This document shows positions 36,373 through 47,976 of a stretch of DNA of 64,000 nucleotides, in pieces; the stretch's first letter is position 1, and every line of letters begins with the position of its first letter. Made by a program: the position numbers and the translations under genes. The notes beneath the pieces were generated by a model. It was given only the letters and a program-made list of their open reading frames with translations. It made no database searches and had not been told where the DNA came from. Source of the DNA: Psammoneis japonica (lineage: Eukaryota); the NCBI GenBank assembly GCA_008632985.1, contig QPGO01000011.1, positions 310,001 through 374,000 of the forward strand. The letters run 5' to 3'.

Positions 36373-36833
36373 GGCGATGATGCACTGCCATTTGTGGCTC
36401 AATCGTGTGGCAGCTCAGATGAAAGAAACCTGTGGCAGCCTGAAATGTGTGTCGGGTGCCATTGTTGTGGGTTGGAGCAATGTGCTGCCTCCCTTTCTTG
36501 TTTTGTGTCTCACCCTTGGCCTGAGTTGGCTCTTGGTGAAGACATTTGGACACAAGTTGTTGTCTTCCATTGCTTCTGAAGCTTTGCGTCATTGTCAACG
36601 ATGCACTGTGGGGCCCCACTGCAACCTCAGCTGGCGACGATTTGAGATTGCGTGCATCGCTGGATGCATGGGCACACGGGTGCAATCTAAAAAAATCTTT
36701 TGCCACACATGATCTTCAAAGCATCTTGGATGACTTGCAGTGTTCTTTGTTGTTGTCATCTGCTGCACTTTTAATCTGTTGTCATTGCTGTTGTTTTTGT
36801 CATCATTGGTGCAGTGCAAGAACAGCATGGCAC

Positions 36834-37037
36834 CCAAACAAAACATGTTGATGGTGAAACGATGGGACGAGCTGTGTCGTTGTTGGTTTGGTCGATTTTG
36901 TTCATCCGCAGTTGCCTCTTGACAGTGAAACCACCAAACAAAACATGTTGATGGTGAAACGATGGGACGAGCTGTGTCGTTGTTGGTTCGGTCGATTTTG
37001 TTCATCCGCAGTTGCCTCTTGACAGAGTGAAACCACC
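36834..37037 (+). repeat. Two-copy 100-bp tandem repeat
   Basis: caaacaaaacatgttgatggtgaaacgatgggacgagctgtgtcg... repeated with period 100. Confidence 0.95.
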
Positions 37038-37278
37038 AACAACAAGTCACTCCATGTCGTTCGTGGTGTCCATTCATCCATGCCCTTTTGCATCAAGTGC
37101 GTGTCAGAGAAACAACACAAGATGATGATGAGGATGACAACAAAATTGCAGAGATTGCAAAAAACAATGCATTTCTTGATGAGAGCTTGAGTGCATTTTG
37201 ATCCAGACATTGAGATTTTGCAACCAAACAATCTCCCCACCAATTGAGTGCATGCCATGTCTCCTGCATTAAAACAAT

Positions 37279-37957
37279 TTAGAAGAAACCTTTGTCCTTG
37301 AAATGAGAAGCCCGCTTCTTGGCACGTTCCTTGGACAGGTGACACACTGGTTGTCCTCATCGAACATGCATCCGACGAACTTGCCATCAACCTCAGCTTC
37401 GGAGGCTTGGTGATCACGGCCATCTGTGCTGGTCATGCCACAGACCTTTGCTCCAGCATTGGTCAAACAAAGGCACAGTTCTCTGGCAGCATCACAGCAA
37501 AAATTGAAGCAGGGCTGTTGGTCGCCAACTCCAAAGATGGCCTCTTTCTTTCCCCTTCATGTCAACATTTGGGAGGGTGTCGCAGAGCCCATGTGAACAG
37601 TCAACAATGAGAGGTGACTGGGTCACTTGGCTTTGGACATCAGGTCATGGCAGGTGAAGTGCACCATTCATCCCAAGCGGTTCCAGAATGCTCTGTTTTG
37701 GAGTCTGTCTGCCACGTGGGTGCTCCAACAATCAAAGCATCAGCTCGTCCAGCAATGTTGTCATCAGTTGCATCGCCAATGTCATTTGATTCAAGGCCAG
37801 ATGCATCAGAGATGTGCCCAGCATGAGTTTCAGTGTTCCCTGTTTGAGAAGAACACCAAATGCTGATGGCATTGAGAGCAGCAGAAGAAGAACCTCCAGC
37901 AGATGGAGCAATCAGGGTGAAGGCACTGGTGGCAAGAATGAGGAAAACGATGCCAGT
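37279..37957 (-). pseudogene. fld: Plastid flavodoxin pseudogene (one intron ~37589-37664, frameshifts)
   Basis: ATSAFT presequence, IWCSSQTGNTETHAGHIS, ALIVGAPTW...SGTAWDEW, LCDTLP, AIFGVGDQQ, CDAA.EL, AEVDGKFVGCMFDEDNQ, ...KGFF*. Confidence 0.9.
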
Positions 37958-39496
37958 TTAAATCTGTGTGGTGTTTTGCTTCTTGGTTGCATCAAAATGC
38001 AACACTTGTGAGATGGAAAGGGATGGTGTGTGCTGCCCTGAAGAGTGCTCAGGTGTCAATTGATGACATCATTGATGTGGGACAGAAAGCGCAGCACGTG
38101 GATGACCCGTGCTTGATCCTTGAATCACAAAATGAGAGCCACAGAGTGCCTTGACACTGGCAGCTGCCTGAATGATTTCTCTGTGCCTCGCTCCAATGTT
38201 TTGTGTTTTGTGGCTTGCATCTTGGATCTTGCTTGGATTCATGCATTGCGCATGCACTCTGGTGCACAATTTTAGGATCTTTGAGTGACGACACATGGGA
38301 CGAACACCAAACACCCCACACCAGCACATGCTGCACATGTGCGCACACATCACACCCCCAACATGTTGGCACACAGCATGCAGATTGCACAGAGTTGAGG
38401 CACAGGACAGAAATGAAAGATGGTCAGGCCAAACCAATCCTCAGGCAAATGACAAACCAAGCTGGCAAGGTGGCAGGGCATGCTCTGGGTGGTGACAACA
38501 GGAAGAAATTGATGAAAACCTGCCAGAGTTGACAATGACATTGATGCAACAGTTGAGGTCAAGCACACAGTTGTGAGCTGGGGAGCAGAGCACAGCGCCA
38601 CAGGGCGGCTGTGTCTTCTTGGATTGATGCCACCACCTGTCTTGGCACAAAAAAAGGGTCAATTTTGCCTGCTGTGCTCCAAGTCTCTGGTCTTGAATTT
38701 CCTGTGTGACCCACTCAACTTGAGCATTTTGTGAAACCTCTTGGCAGCTCTTGCTCCTGTCTTGCTTTTGCCCTCACCCCCCCACCCCCCCCAGGGACAG
38801 AGAAGCACCCAAGGTGCAAAAGCATCATCAATCGCCTGCTCTTCAAACCATTGTCTGTGGCAAAAACAGAGTGATGTCAGTTGTTCCTCATGGCACTGGG
38901 CAGATGAAAATGACAGAGCTGGCTTTTTTGCAGCACATTTGTTTTGGGCTGGAATTGAAGTGCAAAGAGGATGAAACACAGCAGCAACAACTCTGCAGCT
39001 GATGCCACCCTCCACTTGTGACCAACAAAAAATGTTTGAAACTTTGCACTTGTGTTGTGTCAGGAGTTGGTTTTTGAGTGTGTTTTGTTGAAAACAGGGT
39101 TCTTGTGGTCACACATGGGAACATGAGGTTGGGCCTCACAGCTGCAGAGCACACCCCCGGCCGTCCTTTCTCCACAAAAGCAACAATGTCTCACCTTTTT
39201 TTGTGGTCCATTTTTTGTGTTGCTTGTCTCACCTCTGCTTTGTGACTTTGACAACAGCACATCAATTGCAAGGAGACATGAGCTTTGTTCCTTCCTGCAA
39301 GCCTCAGCACAGCAAACCTCTGAGCTGATGTTTCCACCAGCTTTGAGTTGTTGACAAAAACTGGCACCTGAAATGAGCAATTTGCTGGATGCTTGTTTTG
39401 TCACCAGGCGCCAAAGTCATCAAGAAAGAAAATGATGTGGCACTTGCAACACTTGCCAAAAGGACTTTGGCGCAGCTGTGTGGAAGGTCGCATGAC

Positions 39497-39780
39497 GACG
39501 CGTTCCAGCCCTAGGTGGGACTCCGTGTGACATTTGGCCCGTAGAATTCTACGTGCGAGCTCCGTAGTACGAGAATTTAATTAATGGATATATTTATCTT
39601 CAACATCAAATAAACGGCCAAGTTTGTGGTACAATTATGCCTCTTACCACTCGACGTTTTTGCAAATGCACCTGCCCTACGCGATTCTTAAGACATTATA
39701 GAATCGCGCTGTAACAAAAAATGTCAAAAGTTTTTGGACGGATCGCTCAATAAGTGTACCGTAAAATGACACAAAATATC
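39497..39780 (+). mobile_element. Young, unmutated copy of the GACGCGTTCCAG-TIR MITE, truncated at the assembly gap (N at 39781)
   Basis: Starts gacgcgttccagccctaggtgggactccg after flank ...gcatgac. Normal TA/CG content. The left flank (~39401-39496) reappears after the N without the element. Confidence 0.85.
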
Positions 39781-42700
39781 NTCACCAGGCACCAAAGTCA
39801 TCAAGAAAGAAAATGATGTGGCGCTTGCAACACTTGCCAAAAGGACTTTGGCGCAGCTGTGTGGAAGGTCGCATGACATGGAGCCCAACAACAAAGGCAT
39901 CTGGGTTGTCAGATGAGGGTGCGGACTCACAAACAAGCACAGTGCCACAAAAAGCAGATGCCAAATGGCACTCTTGCTGGATTGTTCCTCTGTGACCCCA
40001 AGTGCAGTGAGGACTTGCCTTCTTCTTCATCATCGTCTTCTTCTTCTTCTTCTTCTTCTTCTAACTTTCAGAGTGCTTGTGGCTGGAGTTTTCAAGAACC
40101 TGCAAGTGCCAGCCAATGGTCCACTCATTCCTTGAATTTGTGGGAAGTCACATTTTGTCCTGCTTGGCAGCTCTTGCCAGCAAAGAACACTCTCTCAAAC
40201 AAATGCCATCTGTGACAAGGTGGGGGGTGGTTGTCATCACAGCAAGCTGTGTGGTTGATGATTTGTTGATTTTGTGATGGACCTGGGACCTGGCCACACA
40301 AGTGACATTGAAGCAGCATGCAGAAGAAGTCAAGGGCACATGATGGGTTCATGGAGTTTGTGAGTGCAGAGGATTGTGTTTGCATCTCAAAGGCCAAGCT
40401 TTGTGAGAGACAATTCAGCCACTGCCAACAAAAGAGGCTTTGCAACTTGCTCTGGACTGGACAACAGAGCATGCCAAGAAGCAAGAGAGGTTGTGCTTGC
40501 TTCACACAAGACCAAGACTCTTTGCCCCAGCCTCCATGGAAACAAGCAGAGCACACACAGCAGCCCAAGCCAAAATCTCAGCTTTTGCCATGCTGCTGCA
40601 GGTCAAGATCATCACACATGGGAGCCAGTGCCAACCTCACACAACGTGGAATTGCCGCCAAACAAACACACCTTGGTTGAGACCACTGCCGCTGTTTGCA
40701 GCATTTTGGATGCAAGTGGTGGTGATGAAAGCTCAGGCTATGAGCCACTGCATGATGTCTTTGTGAACAGCCCCTGGTTGCCACACCTGGTCTTTCTTTG
40801 CTGGAAGCCTTGCCAAAGATGAGCCACTACCTGCTGCCAGCAAGCACCAACAAGCCCACTGCATTTTCTGGCATCACTTTTGAAGAGGCAGAGCACCCCT
40901 GCCCACACCTCAGCTGCCAGCACACTGGCTGCAGATGAAGTTGTTGATGACAACACAAATCCACATGTGGCCAGCCAGCTTTCCATCCTTCTCAAACAGG
41001 CCACACTTCTCAACTCTTCTCCTGTGTCACATCTGATCATGCTTGCAAAGGCAACAGCACAAAAGCCATTGCTGGTCCACCCACAGATGAAGATGGTGCC
41101 CCTCTGCTGCTGTCACAGGGTGGGCACTCTCTCAGCACTGTCAGTTTTGATGAGTTGTTGGGACAACTGCTGAGCTGAGATGCACTGCACCATGCACATG
41201 TTGGCAGAGGGAGGACAGCTCTGGAAATGTGGCAGCTGCACAGACCAGGGCTTCACTCAATTGCCACAAGAGAGCAGCTGCAAAGAAGAGCCCATGGTTG
41301 ACTTTTTCTGTGCTGTCTTGCTGCACTCAATCAAGCCAAACCCTTGAAGAGTGGGCAACACTGACAGAGAGTGGTGTTTTTTGCATCGTTGTCACAAAAA
41401 CATCATTGTGTTGCCAACTTGCAAGACAAATTTCAGAAGCCAAAGGGCCAATCTGCAAAAAAGGTTTGTGCTGCCAATGCCTCTGCACTCTTGTGGATGA
41501 TGGGTGCATGATGTCTTGAGGTGACTGGAGTTCCTGAAAGCCAGAAGCATTCTTTTGTGGCGTGGCCATTGTGTCAGAGGATGTTTTGGACAATGACATG
41601 AGACCTGGCCTGTGGCTTGCTCCCTTTGTGCATGACAAGCACTCCAAGCTTCTTGCTCATGAGCACCCAAAACCATGGAAAGCTCTTTTGTGGGCTGGAC
41701 ACATCAAATCTCTTTGTCCACAATTGTGCATCAAGATTTGTGCGCATTGTGCAGCAAAGGACTGGGGCTGCTCTGCATTGAAATTTGACTTCTTTTGCAG
41801 CACATGCTTGTTTGGGAAGAGTGGCAAATGTGATTTGTCCATGGGCCATGCCAAAGCCATGCACTCAGCTTTAGAAATGGTGTGGCATGCTGCTGGACCC
41901 AGCACACTTTTGATTGAATGTCAGTGCCCCATTGGCACAGCCATGGGCCACGTTGATGGAGTGCATGTTTCCACAGATGCTGGACCAACATGGCATCCTG
42001 CCTTTCCTTTCCCCAAGAATGATCAAGAGACACTGTCAGCTTTGAAGAGCATGCTCTGGAGTTCCATGTCAAGAGCATCTTTTGGACATTGATGGCAGCA
42101 CAATGAGACCCAGACTGTTGTCTCCTTTTTGGCAACAGCGCCAAGTTGACAGATGCAGAGATGGCAAGTGCTGCATTGGCAGCAAACACAACATGTTCTT
42201 GCTCCTGTCAGATGACTCAACCAAGTGTGCCACTGAGTGCCAATGCACTCTGAGCAAAGTCCATCCCATGACGGATGCCACAGCCATTCCACTGGACCCA
42301 CACAGCTTTCCTGAGATTGTGGTGTCTGGACCGCTGCAACTGGAAATTTGATGAAAAAGCAGCACATGACAGTCTCACCAAATTATTTGATGTTGCAAAA
42401 AGCAAGACAGCAATGCTGCTGCAACATTCTTTGGGAGGTGTGCCTCATTTCATGCCAGCAAGCCTTGGTCAGTGCCAAATGAGAGGAAGCCAACTTGCAT
42501 CTGCTTTGCATCAGGCATGGGTGCATGGACGGTGGTGCTTTCATCAATGAGTGGCCATGACGTGCCGAAAATCATGCAGACTCCTTTATCTTCTCTGCAC
42601 CCACCACCAGAGATGGAGTGGGAAGAGGTGTCGCATGATGAAATTGAGCCAACGAAATCTCAGAAACGAAGCACAAACGGCCACCACGTGTTTGCCTTGC

Positions 42701-43186
42701 TTGTGCTCGTCAATCTGCACCTGGATTCCAGATCAAGATCATCTTGCTGCACAGCACACTGGGTGGAGCAAGCTCATTGACGTGCATGCCACGGAGATTG
42801 TTCACATTCGGCCCGTCTCACTCAACATGCCTCAATGTGTGGGTGGCGATTTACACTTTTCCTGTGGAAGTGAGGTGAATTCGTTCTAATCAACGGCATC
42901 CAGTGTCAACCTGTCGCTGCAGAAAGATTGGCATCGCAAGGGGTCCATCTTTTTGCATCTCCCACGCCAAGAATGTCAACTCTATTTCCGTGACTGTCAA
43001 TGGTGTCCCCATTGATCGCAAGGTCATTGGCTGGGATGTCGTGGCCAACACCCCGCGTCATCACGATGCACCACCACCAACTTGCCTAGGACGTATCATT
43101 CCAGTGTCTGTCGTGATTCACGCAGATCAATCAATCAGAGCATGATGCCAAGTAAATCCTAAATTCTAGAGGAAACTAAAAATATC

Positions 43187-44473
43187 TTACATGTCCGCTG
43201 TGCTGAGCCGATAAGCGTGTTCCTTCTTCCTCTCGACACTGTATTTCCTAGCTAGCACCTTGTCTTCAAACCCATTCCCACGATCTACGCCGTCCCAACG
43301 ATATCCTGGCTGGATACCAAATCGGTTTGGCTTTGGTGGGGGTCCCTTATATCTCGGTTTCAGAGGAGCCGCCGGTCCACCGCCTCCTGTCTTGCTTGTA
43401 GACGCTTTCTGTTGCTTCTTGTACGCATATGCAGCCATGGGGTCTTCCGCCCGAATCTCATTCTTTCTCATATCTTCTAGACCTCCATGATCAGCCCGCC
43501 GCGCAAAGGACTCTGTTTGCATCTGGCTTAATTCCTGTTTTGCATGTTCTTGTTGCAGTCGTTGTTTGCGTCCCATGTTAAGTAGCTTGGACGCCTCCTC
43601 ATCCAATTGTTTCGGCTGCTCTGGCTTCTCAACCACCTTGCCAGACTTGTCTCTATAGACGGTTTCTCCCATCCCGTGTCGATCCACCATGAGCTGTGCA
43701 TCTCGCTTCTTTTCCCTCTGCAACCTTTCTTCTGCCTTGCGGAAATCACTCGATTGCTGCAAACCCGCCGTGTGACCCGAACTCATTTTCGCTCTGCCAT
43801 TGCTACTGCTATCGTCGTCAGAAGAGTCGTGTCGACGGCGTCTAGGAGGAGATGGACTCTCATTGTCTGAATCATGTCTACGCCTTCTTCTAGGAGGAGA
43901 AGAGCTATCGTCTGAATCATGTCTCCGGCGTATTTTTGGAGGAGAATCCTCATCGTCGTCTGAATCATGTCTACGTCGCTTACGAGCCTGCACGCTGCTG
44001 TCACTGTCTGAATCATGCCTTTTTCGACGAGGTGGTGATGCGCTCGGCGAGTTGTGACGGTTTCTTTGTCTCGGTGGCGAATCTTCTCTGCTATTATCGT
44101 CGTCATCAGAATCATGTTGGCGTCTACGACGAGGTGGTGAATCATCATCATCATCATCAGAATCATGCCGTCTTTTTCTGTTCGAGTCGCTATGGTCAGA
44201 ATCACGACTATCCACTACCTCCCATTCCTGCTTATTGTCCTTTAGTATTTCTTCAGAGTCCAAAACAACAACCGGTTCTTCTTCGAAATCGTCATTGTCT
44301 TGTACAGGAGGAAGCTCGTCGCATCCATCGTCATGAATGACTTGCAGAGTAGATTCGTCTTTTTTGTGTTGTTTCTTTTTCTTTTTCTTCTTTTTCTGTT
44401 TCTTCTTGTCTTTCCTCGTTTCACTCTCTACGGATGTGTACTTGGACAAGTAATCCAACTTGGAAGACGACAT
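43187..44473 (-). CDS. BUD13: Pre-mRNA splicing factor BUD13/CWC26 (RES complex)
   Basis: DYLSKY N-terminus, RRRHDSD repeats, ETVYRDKSG, DPMA, PNRFGIQPGYRWDGVDRGNGFE. Confidence 0.95.
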   Translation of the reverse strand: MSSSKLDYLSKYTSVESETRKDKKKQKKKKKKKKQHKKDESTLQVIHDDGCDELPPVQDNDDFEEEPVVVLDSEEILKDNKQEWEVVDSRDSDHSDSNRKRRHDSDDDDDDSPPRRRRQHDSDDDDNSREDSPPRQRNRHNSPSASPPRRKRHDSDSDSSVQARKRRRHDSDDDEDSPPKIRRRHDSDDSSSPPRRRRRHDSDNESPSPPRRRRHDSSDDDSSSNGRAKMSSGHTAGLQQSSDFRKAEERLQREKKRDAQLMVDRHGMGETVYRDKSGKVVEKPEQPKQLDEEASKLLNMGRKQRLQQEHAKQELSQMQTESFARRADHGGLEDMRKNEIRAEDPMAAYAYKKQQKASTSKTGGGGPAAPLKPRYKGPPPKPNRFGIQPGYRWDGVDRGNGFEDKVLARKYSVERKKEHAYRLSTADM

Positions 44474-45964
44474 ATTAGTATTACTGGTAAGGCTGTTATC
44501 AGTCTCAAGTCTCACCTTTTCGCTGCTTTACGCTTTGGTAAGTGGTAGAGTGTTATGAAGGTTATGGGTTGCCAGTTCTGTGCGTGTGCAAAAGATTGGA
44601 AGATGCGCGAAACACAAAAAGATCGTACGCGGAACTTCCCTCCGACACAGAATATAACGGACGGTGGCAAGTAAAGTGCGTGTGTCTGAAGCGCCGAAAG
44701 AAACGACGTTGGGAACCGAGCGTGGTTGTTGACGACGACACATGCGAAGAGGAGGATGGCTGAAAAATGGCCATTTGAAAACTTTGTATCCGTTGAGCCA
44801 ACACCTTCATTGCACTCGCAAAACCTGATCCTAACAATCGTGAAATGAGTCGTGCTTCGGAATTCGTGTAGAATCTACGCATTCCCTAGTATGTAGCTGA
44901 GCGTGATAGCTTGAAGCTGAGCGTGGCGGCTGCGATCGGAACATCACTCACTGCTCACAATCCATCGAAACAGAGGATTGTCAGGGTTGTTTTTGGGGTA
45001 AGAACGAAGGCCGCGGTTTGTATTGTATGCTTTCTCAACCATGGACTTTTCTATAGCCAAGCCAGACAACGCCTTCGTGATGCCTGTCACCGCCATGATC
45101 GCCGTCGACTCGGAGCAGTAGTGTTCTCAGTCTCGTGTCGTGGAGGAACTGTAATGTCGTGTTTGGACTCTGTCTGGTGTTTGTTCAGAGTCCATATTCG
45201 CCGCGCAGATTCTCCAAGACATGAGATTGAGGGTTTCGTGTCGACGGTTTGATACCCCGATTGTGGAGCGCCGCACATGCCGTCCGTCTGATTGTCTGTT
45301 TTCATTCGTAGGTTGAGGAGGAGTGTATCAGTGTCCATGATGCTGTTCTTTCCTTCAATATCTATGATTGGAACTTTCATGATGATGGATAATTGTGGTG
45401 ATTGGTAGGGTTACGCTGGATTCTGCTTGGGTGTAGTTGAGTTCATTGTCGTTATTGCGTATGATATGCCGGGTTCTTCCTCCAGTACAAAACGATCCTT
45501 GGTGACGAGAGCGTTCTGAGACATGAAAAAAAGGAAGCAAGCACTAGAACCGGGACTCTGTCAATGTTACTGTGGAAATGCCTTCCCGCAGGACAGGGGG
45601 TGATCGGCTAGTGACTTTGTTATCCACCAAAGTCTATACCGTGTGGTATTATTGAGCATTGAAAAAAGAAAAGAGGCCAAACTAAGAATAAGGAGTGAAT
45701 AGCATCTGAGGTGAGAAAGGGTATAAGACCCTGCTAAGTGGTGTAAAAGGCGAGCTTAGTAGTACGGCATCCCCCTCCTCGGGCACAGCTGCCCTGGCTC
45801 AGGCCCACAGAACGAGAAAAAAAATACTCTCCACCAAAACCCCGGGGCAAAAGACCCCTACTCAACAATCTTCCAGTTCAAGGCTTTGTATGTATTAAGG
45901 TACAGTACAGTAGTATTTCCTTTCTTGTTTTTTGGTGTAACTTGAAGACTTTAAATTAGAAACA

Positions 45965-46135
45965 AGCATACTACGATGCGCTCAATACGCGATACTGGTA
46001 GTGTCATGATAGCGACTGTAATGAACTCTATGCAAATATTATGGTATGAGGTATTGACTGACATAGCTGCGATGAACCAAAAGGGCTGAGTCGATGACAG
46101 GTAGGGCTCCATAGTTGGTATGGCGTCACTCTCAA
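45965..46135. repeat. Diverged duplicate of ~50875-51047 (probably paralogous gene relics on the minus strand)
   Basis: Shared tacgatg.gctcaatacg.gatact, gaactctatg, tgacatagct and gctccatagttggtatggcgtcactctca. Confidence 0.75.
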
Positions 46136-47239
46136 CGTCACCAGTGAGAGAATGATCATCTTATCTGCGAGGTCCATTATGATATGCCATGGCGAATGTT
46201 TCTTCTCGGCAATCGGCAATTGACATAAAGTTCGCCACCCCTTCGGCATGTCTTCTCTCCACGAATTGTCAACAATCAAAGTAGCTTCGTTTCATGTGTT
46301 CATTGAGTTGTGGCGCCTTTCAGCTCCGAATCCACCCGCCTTCTGCAGCGCTGCTTTCGCATTGTCAAGTGCTCCAGATCATATAAGAAGATAGAAAGAA
46401 AGAATTCAATAGAATACTTACAATATGACCTCTGCCAGTTCGAATTGCAACTGCCATGTGTTCTCTCTCGAAGTTTGCGTCCATTTTCTCCGGCAGGTAT
46501 GGCTTGTAGGTGTCTATCCATTTCGCTGTTTGTAGCATTTCTGCACCGTTCAATCCATTGTCGGTATCAAACCTTTTGGTAATACCTTCTGCTGCAGCAC
46601 TTCGTCAATTACGAAAGACATATTTAGAGTCAGAGACTTGGGAATTGCCGGCAGAACTCTTGACGACTTCGAGTATCTAAGTCGGCCCAATTGAAATGCG
46701 CGATGATAAAGCGATGCCGCATCGACAGAAGGGAAGTATTGGATATGATCCCTGAAAATCGTTGCGTATGCGAAAGACGCAAGGCTAACAAACACCATCA
46801 AGTGCTAAATGAGTGGAGCAACAATATGAGTATTCATGCCAAACAATTGATTGTCGAGAACACTTGTATGAAGTATGATTAGACCGATTCATGCTACTCT
46901 CCATTCACAAAGAATGACCTATTCGACTGATTTAAATGCAAAAGACACCACCGAGAGAACCGAAGCAGTCGGCATGCGACTTCACATGCTCGCAGGTACT
47001 GTACGGCAGGTGCTTTCCTCTCTGCCTCTGCCTCTGTACGTACTTCATCGATGACTGGGCATGTCGCTTGATTGTGAATTGTGATACTTTAGGAGATTCA
47101 AGTGACGATTTCTTCACCTCGGTGCTCTCTTGTATAAAGTATATCATCGAAATGGAATTCTTCTATCGGTTTGGCCTTGTTAATCTGTCTGTAGATAAAA
47201 TGTAGACTACGCCATTGTCATTCCGCAGGCAGCAAGGTT

Positions 47240-47976
47240 ATCCCCGCTCGCGCTGTGCATAGCATGCTATGCACAGACATTTTTGCGAATTATCGCCAAA
47301 ATCGCGCATGTGCATAGCATGCTATGCACAACACAATTTTTTGGCGCCTTTTGGTCATCCTATTAATCAACTACTTTGAAGTGTCTGGAAAGACCTTATT
47401 GTGTCAAACATGTCAGACGCCTTTGACGTTCCTATTGACCCACTTGAAGCGGTTGATGTGGTACACGTGTAATGAGATTCAGCGATTCACGTAGAAATGA
47501 CGTAGAAAAATACTTGTGTAACTCCTCGTACAAAAGCTACGCATTAGCCTCGCCAACAAGTGTCTCCACTTCCAAGGTCATTGGAACAAGAAAGCTGCTA
47601 TTTTAAAGGCTGTCCAATAAACATGTTAACAAGTATTGACTCATCGTCAATAAACGCTATCTATGTCCTAATGAAACGAGGTACTTGGAACTTGAGCGAC
47701 TCAAACCTTGTGCATAGCATACTATGCACAACGTAGAATTCTACGTAAAAAATCCCGCCAAAATTGACCAACTTCTGTGGCATTAAACAGCTATGTAAGC
47801 CCCATGGCGGAAGCTGTCCTTTTCAGCCTGTTTCGATCGTCGAGTGTACTGAAAGGTTCGGTATGTGTCAAGAAATGTAATGTCTCGGGGAAGTTTCGCG
47901 ACACCTCTGAAACGTTGTGCATAGCATACTATGCACAGTGCGCGCGGAGTGGGGTTATGGTAGACAGAGATGGAAT
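47240..47976. repeat. Palindrome-rich putative transposon end: four TGTGCATAGCAT(G/A)CTATGCACA copies plus ACGTAGAATTCTACGT
   Basis: Copies at 47254-47275, 47309-47330, 47709-47730 and 47916-47937; 16-bp palindrome at 47731-47746. Confidence 0.85.

Larger units (their letters stand above)
35280..43150. other. TpA-depleted hypermutated block 3 (pseudogenised host-type genes plus unassigned repeats), interrupted by an unmutated MITE and a gap
   Basis: About 3 TA in 35281-36700 although CpG is abundant there. TA returns only in 39497-39780 and after ~43150. Confidence 0.9.

Noticed and set aside
42082..42351. GKCCIGS as a mutated GIY-YIG motif
   Set aside because: A single short motif with no supporting context.
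45560..45870. Possible solo LTR or structured ncRNA (TGTT...AACA)
   Set aside because: No matching TSD, no second copy and no recognisable RNA family motif.
47254..47937. Palindromic repeats as a CRISPR array
   Set aside because: Irregular spacing (55, 400 and 207 bp), eukaryotic context and no cas genes.
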